From Caecitellus pseudoparvulus (Eukaryota; Protista; Bigyra: Bicosoecida): a stretch of 64,000 nucleotides of DNA. Position numbers and translations under genes: made by a program. Each line of letters begins with the position of its first letter. Position 1 is the first letter of the stretch. Location: contig CBFFRQ010000052.1 of the NCBI GenBank assembly GCA_965644315.1, positions 240,214 to 304,213 on the forward strand, in the 5' to 3' direction. The notes under the pieces are model-generated. The model was not told the origin of the DNA. It ran no database searches and saw nothing but the letters and a program-made list of their open reading frames with translations. Of the stretch, positions 10,992-23,320 are shown piece after piece.

Positions 10992-13900
10992 ATGGCGGCG
11001 ACTTCCAAGCGAGCGGGGGACAGCACCCTGCTCATCGCAGCAGGGGCAGCCAGCCTCGCTGCCATCACAGTAGCAAGTGCCATGTACCTTCTGCAAGACA
11101 CGCACCAGGAAGAGGACGAGGCTTCTGATCCCGTCAAGGTGTGCTTGCGAAGCTGGCGCCGAAACGCGAAACGCCGCGCGCATGCGCCCTGCTCCCCCTG
11201 CGCCTGGTGCAGGCCCCCTCGGTGGAGGCGGAAAACCTGGCACAAGCCTTGAAGAGTTTGCTGCGGGATGCCAGGACGCGGAGTGGCTGCAGAGCAGCGG
11301 CGTTCTACGTGGTTGGTGCGTGGCCGTCGCAACGACGGGGGGGCGGGGCCTGGGACACAACCTGCTGCGCCGTGCTCGCCCCACGCAGACCCGAACTCGC
11401 ACATCCTCGCGTTCAGCGCCGTGCTGGGCGGCCACCACGACACTTCCTATGACATGCAGCTGTGCCACATTCCCATCGACGGCTCCACATCTGCTGGCGC
11501 CTGTGCCGCCAGCGGCAGCGGCCAGCTGGTCTCTGGCCCCACCAGCGCCATGGAAGTGACGCTGCGCCAGGCACTGCCCGGCGCAGCGGCCGCACGCACT
11601 GCAGCGGCCCTCCCAGCTGTGCTGTCTGTGGGCTCCTCCCGCATGGTGGTGGGCGTGCTGGAGCTGTACGACAGGGACGGCGGCACGCTCTTCAACAAAG
11701 CCAGCCTGGGCGGCGCAGGGGACCTGCTGGCTGCCTGGCTGCCAGTGGTGCGGGGCCACACGCTGCAGGCACAGGCGGCCTGCGCAGAGGAGGACATGCG
11801 GCGGCTGTCCGACATGGCGCAGGAGATCGCCCAGTGCGGCAGCTCGGACGACGTCGTGGACACCATCGTCCGGGTGACGTACCAGCTGCTGTCCCCGCAA
11901 CGAGTGACGCTGTTCCTCGTGAACCGCGCCCGGCAAACCCTCACCATCACACGCAGCGCCGACGCGGAGGGGCTGGAGGTGCCCATGACGGGCAGCATCG
12001 CCGGCCACGTCGCACAGACGGGTCGCCCCGACAACATCCCCGACGTGTACCTGGACTCGCGCTTTGACCGGGGCCTGGACGAAGCCACAGGCTTCCGCAC
12101 CAAGAGCATGCTGTGCGTGCCGGTGCGGGATGCCAAGGGCACCGTCGTGGCAGTCATCCAGGTCATCAACAGGTCCCGCCCCGCGCCGCCGTCCACCTCC
12201 AGGGTCAGCCTCATGTCCCTGTGCAGGCTGGCCAGCACCCCGCCACACGCTCAGGCGCAGCGTGGAAGCAGCACCCTGCCCCGCAGACTCACGCCAGAGA
12301 GCAAGGCTCGTGCCCACCGCCCTGCCCACGTGTACGCCTTCAGCAAGAAGGACGAAGACATCATCCTTAGCATGGCGGCACACGCCGGCGTTGCATTCCG
12401 GAAGGCGCGGCTGCTGGAAGAGACCCAGCGCGCGCGGGATCACGCGGCAGCCCTGCTGTCCGTGGCACGCTCAGTGGCATCGGATGCCCCCGTACCCAAA
12501 CTGCTGAACGACATTGTGGACGCGGCGTACAAGGTCGTGGATGCCGAGCGCGTGTCCCTGTACCTGGTGGACCTCGTCAAGGACCAGCTGTGGACGGCCG
12601 TGTCCCAAGACATCGCCGGTGTGCGCATTCCGCTGGGGCAGGGCATCGCCGGCACTGTGGCTCGCAAGGGGGAGGTCATGAACATCCCTGATGCCCAGCG
12701 CATCGCGAGCTTCTCAGACCACCTGGACTCCACCACAGGCTTCGTCACGCGGCAGGTGCTGTGCCTTCCCATTCGCTTGCCGGGGTCCAAGGCGCCCATC
12801 GCCGTGCTGCAGTGTGTGAACAAGGCCTCAGGCACCCCCTTCGACGCAGCAGACCAGTCTGCCATGGAGGTGTTCTGCATGGAGGTGGCCTTGGCACTGC
12901 AACGGCGCAGCGTGGAGGCGGCCCTGCTCAAGGTCCTGTCTGACAGCAAGTCAGCTGATACGGAGACGTCGCCCCGCGGGCGGGGCGCACGCTCGGGCAG
13001 GGCGCCCCCGCCCCTCAAGCGAGGCCTGTCCGAGTACGACTTCCAGGTGTCCCTTCTGGACCTGTACGGCGACACAACGACGTCTGCACGCCTGCTCGTG
13101 GACGTGCGGCGTCTGTCCCTGCGACACATGGCAGGGCAGGGCAACCCCTCCCAGGCCATCGCATCCGTGCGGCCAGAGCGCATCGCCCCCCGCGACCCCC
13201 TGCTGTCCTTCGACTTCAACGTCTTCCTCACCAATGACGACGACAAGTTCAAGGGCTTCGCGCGCATGCTCATGCACTACGCGCTGCCACAGCGCTTCCA
13301 CGTAGACACCAGCCACCTGGCGAACTTCACCCGCCTCGTGCGGTCAAAGTACCGCGACAACCCCTTCCACTCCTTCACGCACGGGTGGGATGTCATGCAC
13401 ACCACCTTCCTTCTGCTGCACTCAACGCCAGCCGACGACGTGCTGAGCTACCTGGAGATCTTTGCCGTCATCGTCGCTGCATTGACACACGACATCGACC
13501 ACCCTGGGCACGCAGCGTCGTACGAGATCAACAAGTACTCCCCGCTGGCGCTGGAGCACAACGATGACGCGGTGCTGGAGCGGCACCACGCGCACACCAC
13601 CTTCAAGACCTTGCTGGAGGTGGACGAGCATGGCCGGCAGCCCAACAACATCTTCCAAAGCCTGGCGCCTGAGGACTTCCGGCACGTGCGCAAGGTCATC
13701 CTGAAGGCCATCTTGGCGACGGACATGGCCCACCACTTCACCATGGTGGCCAAGCTCGCAGCGCGGGCGGCTCGGCACGCGCAGCAGGAGCAGGCTCTTG
13801 ACTCCCTCCTGGACCCCCAGCACGGCAGCTCTAGCCCCACCGCGCACTCTTTCAAGATGCGCAGGTCACTGAGCACGACAGGCATGGCGACGCCCCGGCT

Positions 13901-14606
13901 GGGGCAGGGTGTAACGGACCGGGCCCGCCAACTCAGCACGCCCAACCTGCACGCCACCAGCCTGGCCTTCGACAGCTCATCCCTGGAGGACCGACTGGAG
14001 CTCGTGGAAGCCCTCGTGCACACGGCTGACTTGGGCGGGCAAGCCTACACGGCAGCGGTGGCGGCGGAGTGGTCCACCCGTGTCATCCAGGAGTTCGAGC
14101 AGCAAGCAGCCAAGGAGCGGCGGGAGGGGCTGCCGGTGGCGCCCTTCATGGCCAGCCTGGGCACACCTCTCGCAGGCCTCAAGACGCAGCTGTCGTTCCT
14201 GAACAACATCATGTCCCCGCTGTGGACGGCGGTGGGCGACTTGCTACCAGGCCTGGACAGTCCCCTGGCCAACATCAACGCCAACCGCGCCCACTACCAG
14301 ATGAGCATCGTGCGCCTGGAGAGCACTGGCGAAGCAGATGGTGGCGCGGCACACGCCACTGGCAAGATGCCAGCGGCCCCGTCCATCGCCCTCTCGTCCG
14401 CAGCATCGGAGTACTCTGTCGCTGAGGCGGTGCGCAGCGTGTCAGACTTGGACGGCGTCATTCCCGAGTTGGACGACGAGGAGTGCTCCCCCACACACGC
14501 CTCGCCGCGGGGGGAGCGCATGTGGATCACCCCACACACGCCGCATGGCCCTCCTACTCGACTGGGGGGCGGCAGTGACGAAGCTGAAGCGGCATCCCTG
14601 CCTTAA
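10992..14606 (+). CDS. GAF-domain class I cyclic-nucleotide phosphodiesterase with N-terminal membrane anchor
   Basis: Introns 11139-11212 and 11316-11388. Two clear GAF domains (DEATGFRTKSMLCVP, DSTTGFVTRQVLCLP). PDEase motifs NPFHSFTH, HDIDHPG, LERHH, ILATDMAHH, HTADL, EFEQQ. Confidence 0.92.
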
Positions 14607-14622
14607 CGGCGTGCCGCGGCCT

Positions 14623-17600
14623 TCACCCTTGCACAACAAATGCAGGCGCCTCTGCACGCAGCCACACTGCCTGCTCACTGCTTGCGCCATCCCGCAGCTG
14701 CGCCAGCAGCGCCCGCAGGGTGCCCTGTGCGGCGTCTCCTGGTGCCTGCTGCAGAGCATTCTCCACAAAGAGCACAGGGGGCTGCCCCTCCGCCTCGTGG
14801 GGCAGCGCCAGCAGCTCGTCTGTTGAGCAGCGCCCTGCGACGTGCAGCAGCATCGCTGTCGGCGGCACACTGCGCACAGCTTGTTGGGCAGCTGGCTCCC
14901 CCTCCCCCCGCAGGGCAGCCAGGAGTTGCGCTGTGGAGAGAAACAGCACTGTGCGCATTCCCGCGAGGGCGCGGGTGGAGGCGTCCAGGCCAACCGCCTC
15001 GCCCACAATGTGAGACTTGAGAGCGGCCTCGGCATGGGCAAGGTCGCGCGACAGCGCCACACGCCCCGCATCATCCATGGGGCTGACCATGCTGGCCAGC
15101 AGCACCAGGCAGTTCATACCTTCGGCACACAGCAGTCCAGCCACGTGCCGCCGGACGCCGCCCTCCGACGGCAGCGCCTCCACATGCAGCGCAGCCACAG
15201 CAGACACACCACCCTCCCAGTCCTTCAACCAGCGTGGAGACGCCTCCTCGACACTCTCTGGCGCTTCCTGGTACGCAGCCGCCAGCATGCCGGAGGCTGT
15301 GGACGCTAGGCAGTGCTGGAGCTGAAGGGCGTAGGGCTGCAGCAGCGCCCGAGACGCCGCAGCCAGGACACTGCTGCACTGTGGCCACAGCGCTGACTGC
15401 AACACGGCGGGTACCGGCACAAGCTCTGCAGCGGGGCACTCGGCGCCTTGGGGCTCCCAGGCTTGCAGTTGGGCTCCCACCTTCAGAGTCAACGCGGCAC
15501 CTGTCCCAGCGCCGCCCGAGAAAGCAATGGCCCGCTTGGCGATGCTTGCTGTTCCTTGGTGTATGCCCGTTCCCAGCTGTTGTACCCTGGTGAGGAGCGC
15601 CGCTCGGGTGCGGTGTGCGCCCGAAGGCTGCAGACTGCCGGCTGGCAGCTCGGGCAGTGCCCCAGCGGCCCGCACAAGCTCGCAGCACCACGAACAGACA
15701 ATGCTGACAACGACAGACGACGCCAGTCCCATCAACAGTCCGTCCACATGCGCGGCCATGAGCGTCGAGTTGAGGGCCTTCACAAATGCAGCCGTGGCTG
15801 ACAAGGACGGGAAGCGCCCTGGTTCGCCCTGAGGCGGCACGGCACACTCCTGCAGGGCGCGCTCCAGCGCTGCGTGGCCTTCCAGCGCCGGCGTGGGCGG
15901 GGCCATGGCAGGGTACACTTCCGAGACGTGGCCCAGGAGGCGTCGTCGGGCGCGCCCCAAGTGGCGCTCGGCAGCCTCGGCGGCCAAGCCCAGCACGCTG
16001 CGGCAACTGGCCAGGTCTGCACAAGCGCAAGAGGAGGCTGCAATGGCAGACGACGCCTCTGCAAGCAGATCAGTGAGCCTTGAAAGCGCCTGCATAAATG
16101 CATGCTCGCCGGTCGCAGCGGCGGCTGCCGTGCGGAGCAAGGCGGTACGTGCGGCTCGCACGCCATCCACAGCGGGCGGGGGCGGGAACCCTGCCAGCCG
16201 GGCTTGAGTGGACGTCTGCAGGGACTGCACGCAGTTGCTGAGGCGTGCCCGGAAGGCAGGGTACTCCCGTGCCAGCTCCTGCGCAAGGAAGCCCTTGGCT
16301 TGCAGGACCGCTTGCAGCGGCTTGTTCAAGCCTGCGCAGGTCTTGGCCAGCCACGCGCCGAACAGTCCGCTGGCCACCAGGGCACAGGCAGGCCTGCTCC
16401 ATGCCTCAAACGACGCCGCAGTCTCTGGCTGCCCTGTCACCAGTCCCTGCAGGCAGTGCAGGTCGCTGTCCCCGCACAGCGCAGACTTCACAATGGTCTG
16501 GTGCAGGGCGGGGGAGGTGGACGTGGCTGGGACGGCCGTCGCCGTGCACACGAGCCATGCGGCTCCAGCGCACTCTCGAAACCTCTTCAGCGCGGCATCA
16601 ATGCCACTGACCCAGAATGCGCTGCGCCAAGCCTCCTCTTGACCCGCCGCTGGCTGCGCCGCCTCGGCGGAGAGGGAGGTTGGGCGCCCTGGCACGGGGC
16701 TGGCCACGGAGCGCGTGGAGGCCTCCACAGCCACACGCTGCACATCAACCGCCGTGCGCATGGCGTCCACTGCCTCAGCTGTGAGGCGGGTCAAGACTGA
16801 GTCAACGGCCTGGGCGCCGTGGCCAACCGCGGCGGCTGTGGCGAGGAGGGACGCAACATCCCCCCCCGCTCCGCCGCGGGCAGCTTCCAGCAGCAGCTCC
16901 GACACCCTGCTACGCGCTGCTAGTAGCAGGGCTTCGCTTGCGTGGGTGTGCTCCTCCGTCCCGTGCAGCCCCTGCAGCAGGGGGTCGGCAGCCGCCGTGC
17001 GCAGTGCGGCCAGGGCCGGTCCAAGGGCAGCCAGCTGCCGAGGTGTGGCGCTCCCCACTGCGGTTGCCAGCTCCTTAGCTGGTACTTGGGCAGCTCTTTG
17101 ACCGTGTATCTGCACTTGCAGCGCGGCAGCAGCCCGTGACACGGCATGCCACAGGGTGGTCACTGCCCGGAGGCATGCCGCCACGTCACGCGCAACACGC
17201 AAGTCCTGCGTGCTCTGGCGAAGCCCGGCCATGCTGTCGAGAAACTCCTGGGCATCTCGCTTGAGATCTGCTTGCACGCTGCGTACGTCCGCCATCAAGT
17301 CTTCCGTCACAGCCGACACATCTGTCGCGACCGCAGCCCTGGACAGCAGCTCCTCCTGGTGCTCTGCCACGTGTTGACGCAACTGAGCGCGGGCCTTGGC
17401 TAGCTCTGCATCCAATCCGGTGAGTATGTCTTGTGTGTCGAATTGATCCAGACCCTGAGCAGTTGCAAAATAGGCTGGGGCACTGCGTGGGATGAGCATG
17501 CAAGGAGCATCTTGCTCGGCTCACCTGGTTGCTGGACAGGCAGGCCAGCGCAGGCTCGGCAGCATCACCACTGCTGAGAGCAGACTCAATCACCCTGTAA

Positions 17601-17692
17601 TGTAGACACTTGCTGCTAGTTGAATGCTGCAATTGGTGCTGGCAGCGCGCTTCCGCCAGCACGCACCTGCGCACGGCATCTTGCTGTGCCAT
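14623..17692 (-). CDS. COG5: Conserved oligomeric Golgi complex subunit 5-like
   Basis: Introns 17595-17666 and 17455-17524. N-terminal coiled coil LRQHVAEHQEELL; FLAQELAREYPAFR; SMVSPMDDAGRVALSRDLAHAEAAL; RALAGMRTVLF. Confidence 0.8.
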
Positions 17693-17905
17693 GTTGAGAG
17701 TCAATTTCCGCTGCCAACACACTCGCTCAAGTACCACCTAGGCACCCACGGGCAGACTGCAGCAGTGCAAGGCGGTGGTTCTTGAAAAGGTTTGCTTCAT
17801 GCTGTGTTTGGCACCACCTCGGATGTGACGAGAATCTGCCCCTGCGCATGTGACAAAAACCTAGCACAAGCAGCCGCTGAGGCCAGGCTGCTCGAGGTGC
17901 ATTCG

Positions 17906-20900
17906 CTAATGAAGCCTCGCCAGGCCTTCCACGGCCTCCAGCACTTCGACGAGAGTGACCGGGCCAGTGCGATCCCCGGCTGGGTGCTTGCTCTCGTCGC
18001 CACTCGAGGCTTCCTTGGGCGCTGGGGAGTCGTTCAGGGTCGCGACGATGGCCTGTTGCCCCGTCTCGGGCAGCTCCAGGAACGCCTCGACAAAGTCGCC
18101 GTCGATAAAGCCAGTGGGCCCACCGTCAGCGGCGAAACCACCCATGCGCACTCGTGGCGAGTAGAAGGAGCGCCAGTGGTCGTGCTGCAGGCCGCCCAGG
18201 TGGTCCACGCAGGACGCCATGGCTGCCTGCAGGCGGACGAGGAAGTGGTACAGGGGCTTGTTCAGCGTGATAACGGCTCCAACACTGCCGGACACCGTGC
18301 CAAAGATGAACGACGCCTGGGCTTCAGCCTTGGGGCCTTGGGCAGCCGAGTCCGCCACTTCCACCACCTCCCCGCCAGCACCACACTTGCGCTTGCCAGT
18401 GGGCGGGGCAGCTGCGTCATCCTGCACGGCGGCCGCGGCAGCACCATCCCCTGGTGCGGCAGTGGACACGTCCAAGAAGGCCCCCTCTGAAGGTCGCATG
18501 ACCAGGGAGCCGTGAGCGAAAGCATTGACCTGCTCTCCGAGGTGGTACTCGCCCACGATGTCCATGCGCGTAGAAGCGACGGCATCTTGGCTGGTGGTGT
18601 TGCGGGCGAGGGAGACGAAGTTGAAGCTGGAGTCGCTAACGAGGAAGTGCTCGTCGTCGTGCATGGCACAGGCGGTGAGCCACTGCGCACGGGGGTCGTG
18701 GGACACCTGCTTGAGCGAGTTGTCCTCCTCACTGAACACCAGCAGCGCGACGCTCTTCATGAGGTCGCCCACCAGGATGAAGTTGGCGCGCACCTCCAGC
18801 GACAGCACGAAGGTGTTGTCATGGTACTCGCACAGCGGTGCGAGGGAGAGACTGGAACCCCCTCCTTTGGCAGGGCTGGCGGGCGCATCACCGGGCCCCG
18901 CAGCGGCGGCGCCATTGCTCGGCCCCGTACCCCACTTGTACACCGTGGTTTTCTCGTTGCAGGATGCCACGACACGGCCCAGGACAGTCTTCACTGCCAT
19001 GACACCCCCATGCACGTCCAGTGCAAAGGCCAGCTCCACAGCCCGCTGCTCGCCTTCCCCGGCGCAGCGCAAGATGAGCAGGCGGCCCCTGCTGGGTTCC
19101 TCTTCGCCTTCAAGAAGGAAGGCGGTGCCCACCAGGATAAGGGAAGGCTTTGCTCCGTCAGGGGCGCCTGGGTCCTTGGCCACACTCAAGGCCTTTACTT
19201 GTTCGTAGTCCTGCAGCTTGAACGACCCCGCGCCCTCGAAGGTCGTGTCGTCGAACACGTGCACAGTGGAGGACTCCACGCCTAAGTCCCCATCCACGAC
19301 ATCCCCCAGCGTGCCCACCGCCAGCACACCCGCGCCAGGCACGTGCACAACACGGACAGGGCTCTCCCCAAGGTGGATGGTGCGCACATACAGCTTCTGA
19401 ATGTCATCCACGGTGCCGATGGTGAGCTCCTCAGGAGTGGCCAGGGCCAGGCAGTCGGGGAACTCCTCCGTGTGGAAGGGGCACATGAGCGCGACGTCGC
19501 TCATGTTGACATTCGAGAAGGACAAGCGCCCACGCACGCTCTTAATGACTGTGGGGCGGTCGCACGCCGCAAACACGTGCTGCTCGCCACCATCGAAGCG
19601 GAAGGGGCACAGGTTCACGGGCTGCGAGCCCAGTGTGGAGCGCTTCTTGTCCCCCAGCACCCACGGCGAGGCGGGCACAGGAGAGGCCGCCGCTGCAGCC
19701 GAAGTGTCCACGGCACTGAGTGAGAAAGACACCAGCGCCCCGTCACCCATGCCTGCCAGGAGGTAGTGGCTGCCGTCCAACTGGGTGAGCAGCAGGGACC
19801 GAGTTTGGACAGACCCCCCCAGGGCCTCAACGTGCACCGGTGAGAGGGAGGGCACGTCCAGCAAGTGCACAGCGATTTCTGTCCACAGCCCCACCGCAGC
19901 CAGGCTCATGGCGGGCTGCTGCAGTTGCACGTCCCCCTCTTCGTCCCCCGCAGCCTGCGCATCCGCCAGGGACAGCGAGGACACTTCGTACGCCATGGTG
20001 GTCTCGGCGACTTGGTTCAGTGCAGGCTGGCCTGCAGCATCCTGCACGCTCAGCAGGACGACTCTGCCACCCTGCAGGGCGAGGAGGACGTGCTGCTCGG
20101 AGGCGTCAGCAAGCGTGATGGGCGTGTCGGCAGGGGCATCCCAGGTCGCGCGCACGCCCGAGGAGCCCTTGGCATCCAGCAGCAGCACGGTGGAGCGCGT
20201 CACCTGGAGCAGGGAGTCGCCCAGCATCGTCGCGCAGTGCACGCTAGCTGCTGACGTTACGAAGCCCGGGATGGCGACGTCGGTCAGCTGCTCCTCCTGA
20301 ATGGCCAGCACGCTGCTTTCGCTGCTGAAGCTCTGCACGAGGAAGGCGTGGTGGTCGTCAGCCAGGCCAGCTCGCAGGCCCCACATGCCCGTGATGCCGG
20401 GCAGCGGCACCACCGCCTCTTCGTCAATGCCGACGCCTGAGCGCACGACGCGCAAGCTGCCGCTGCCCATGGCGCCGCTAGCAGTGACGACCTGGCTCTG
20501 GCCTTGCCTGTCCAGGTCCATCACGGTCATGTCCACGATGGGAGACAGGCTTGTGTACGTGGCGGTGACTTCGACGCTGGGCTCGTCGCCCTCGCCCAGC
20601 TCCAGGCTCTGCGAGTCCCCGAAGCAGGAGCCCAGGAACACCTCGTGGGCGCCCACCTGCACCATGACTGAGGCGGTGGAGGTGCGTCCCAGCTGCACCA
20701 CGCCCACATCAGGCCCACCAGCCGCCCCCTCCCCAGCAGCGGCTGCGCCGGAGGGGGCGAAGGTGAGCTTGCACAGGTCACCTCCCAGCAGGCCCACCAG
20801 CCAAGCCTGCCCGGTGGACATGGTACTGTCCAGCGCGCACCATGCAGCAATGTCCATGAAGTCTGGGGACGGCTTGTGCACTGCTGCGGCGCTGCTGAGG

Positions 20901-21813
20901 CAGGACACCTGCTCGCCGCCCAGCACCAGGATAGCGCTGGCTGCGGGGTGGGGGATGAGCGTGCTTGCGTTCATGTCCACGGCGCAGGAGCCCCACGGGC
21001 CTGGCTGCAGAGAGGCAGCGCCAGCAGAGATGTTGTACGTGGAGACATGTCTGTTGTCGTTGGAGTCCTGGGACAAGACTGCCAGCATGTGGCCTTCGGG
21101 CCCAGGGGCCAGAGCAAGGTCCAGCACTTCCAGCTCCTCCAGGCGCATGTGCACGGGGTTGGGTGAAAGCTTGCCGTCATTCACCTGGAATACTGCCAGC
21201 GCGCCATCACAGAGGTGCATGACGACCAGAGATCCGTCCTTGGACACCAAAGTCTGCGCACCTCGCTCAGTGGGGCGCCCAACAACATCCTGCGCACGGC
21301 GTGGTGTGTTGCTCAAATGCCGCAGAGCATGAGCACAAGAATACAGGGGCATGCCTTCGCCGAGGCGGCACTGCACACGCAGCTGTGGGGTGCCTCGCAC
21401 TCACCCTTGCGTTGCCTTTACACTCCGTGGCGAAACTCTCAGTGTCAGGGTCGTAGCGGAGCACCATGAACTCATGACGCTCTGTGACGACGAGGAGCTT
21501 GTCTGGGCCGCCGCCCTGCACAGGAAGTCGCGCACGAAGGATTCCAGGATGCACCACACAGAGCCGGCACACATGCAAGGCAGTCAGGTGCGGGGGTACG
21601 CACTTGCACGGGCAAGCAGTCCACCGTTGCGATGCGAGCATTCACTGCCACGTCAAGCAAAGGCTCCAGGCCGTCCTCTGTCACTTGATGCGCCTCCAAG
21701 CGGCTGACTTTGACAACGACCAGCGTCGGGACATCTCGAGACACAAAGTGGCCCTTCACGGCGTGGGTCACGCTGGTGGGCTTCTGGGAGCTCACAACGT
21801 ATTGGTACGCCAT
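17906..21813 (-). CDS. DDB1: DNA damage-binding protein 1 (CUL4 adaptor)
   Basis: MAYQYVVSSQKPTSVTH, VFLGSCFGDSQ, DLDRQGQSQVVT, VFAACDRPTVI, IGTVDDIQKL, VGDLMKS, YHLGEQVN, GFIDGDFVE. Introns 21516-21603 and 21290-21404. Confidence 0.95.
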
Positions 21814-22162
21814 GTCGGTGCGGAAATTGAGCCGGCGCTGACGTGCACAGCACTATTCCACTTGTCGCCCTGCAGCTCCGAGGCGCGCCACAGCGTGGGT
21901 GAGGAAGGTGAAGCTGTCTGTGTGGGTTGTTGTTTGGCCGTGCCACGTGCTTCGACTCGACCCACGACTGTAGCAGGGGGCTCTTTGACTTGCCACAGTG
22001 CTGGCCAAGCGCGTCCAGACCGGCTGCATTTCAAAACAAAAAAACACCGCTGATTGGCTGATGTGGCTGCCGCCACGGCAACACTTTCTCAGTTTTCGAC
22101 TCTTCGTGGGCTCTCTGCCTGCGAGCTCCGAGTGCTTGAGCGCCTTCCTTGCACGCAGAAAC

Positions 22163-23314
22163 ATGCAGCGAGCGTGCTGTGTGGTGTTGGCGGGTGCCCT
22201 CGCCCTGGCTGTCGTGGGGGGCGTCCTGTCCCTTCCCATGGCCGTGAAACAAGTGGATGAGGGGCATGCCGGCGTGCTGTTCTTTGGAGGTGCTGCTGTC
22301 GGAGTACTGCAGCCTGGCTTTCACTGGACAAGTGCGGGCGCAGCGCAATCTCCGCACCACGCCAAGTGTCCACAACCGGGTACCCTTCGCCCCCCCTTGT
22401 GCAGTCCCCCACCTGAACACCATCGAGCAATTCCCCTTGACCATGCAAACGGAGGTGGTCCGCGGCGTTCCATGTGGCAGTTCGTCCGGCGTGGAGATGT
22501 CCTTCAAGCGCGTGGAGGTGGTGTGGAAGGTGTCCAGTGCGTTGCGCCCGGGCAGCCGTGCCCCCCGCCGCCAACGACGCCCGCACGGGCACTCACTCCT
22601 CCCTTCCGCGGCACAGACATGCAAGGGGTGCTGGAGCTGGTGAAGGAGCATGGCAGGGGGTGGCGTGAGTTGTGGATTCGAGACCAGGTGCGCACGCACG
22701 TGTCCCAGCTGTGCAGCCACCACAGCGTTGCCGAGCTGTTCATCCACCTCTTTGCATCCATGGACGACACCATCGCCAGCCAGTTGAACGGCGTCCTGCG
22801 GACATGGGCTCCGCAGCTGTCCATCATGTCTGTGCGCACCACCAAGCCGCAGTTGCCACCCACCCTTGCGGACAAGTACAGCGAAGTGGAACGCACGCGC
22901 GCACACCTGACCGTGGTGAAGCAGCAGCAGGCAACACAAGTGCGGGCAGCCATGGGGGAGGCCCGCCGGGAGGTGATGGAGGCTGAGCGGCAGCTGGACA
23001 TCTCCCGCATCAACGCCTCCCGGCGCCTGGAGACACTGGCCTCCCAGGCCTCCATCGCCGACATCGACAACGCCATGTGGCTCAGCCGCGCCAAGCAGTA
23101 CGCTGACGCCAGCTACGACCGCTCCATCCGGGCGGCCGAGGACGAAGCGAAGTTGCTGTCCCCCGCCTACCTGCAGTACCTGCGGTCGACAGTCATGCTG
23201 GGGAACACCAAGGCATACTTCGGCACCTCCATCCCCCGTGTGCTGGTGGAGGGGGGCAGCTCACAGACCGCTGACGCCAGGCTGCTGCGGCAGGCGACTG
23301 CGCCAGAGGGGTGA
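22163..23314 (+). CDS. Erlin-like SPFH/band-7 ER membrane protein
   Basis: N-terminal TM; VDEGHAGVLFFGG; VPCGSSSGV; SQLCSHHSVAELFIHLF; SVRTTKP; NTKAYFGTSIP. Introns 22332-22404 and 22537-22616. Confidence 0.85.
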   Translation: MQRACCVVLAGALALAVVGGVLSLPMAVKQVDEGHAGVLFFGGAAVGVLQPGFHWTSAGAAQSPHHAKCPQPGTLRPPLCSPPPEHHRAIPLDHANGGGPRRSMWQFVRRGDVLQARGGGVEGVQCVAPGQPCPPPPTTPARALTPPFRGTDMQGVLELVKEHGRGWRELWIRDQVRTHVSQLCSHHSVAELFIHLFASMDDTIASQLNGVLRTWAPQLSIMSVRTTKPQLPPTLADKYSEVERTRAHLTVVKQQQATQVRAAMGEARREVMEAERQLDISRINASRRLETLASQASIADIDNAMWLSRAKQYADASYDRSIRAAEDEAKLLSPAYLQYLRSTVMLGNTKAYFGTSIPRVLVEGGSSQTADARLLRQATAPEG

Positions 23315-23320
23315 GCACCC

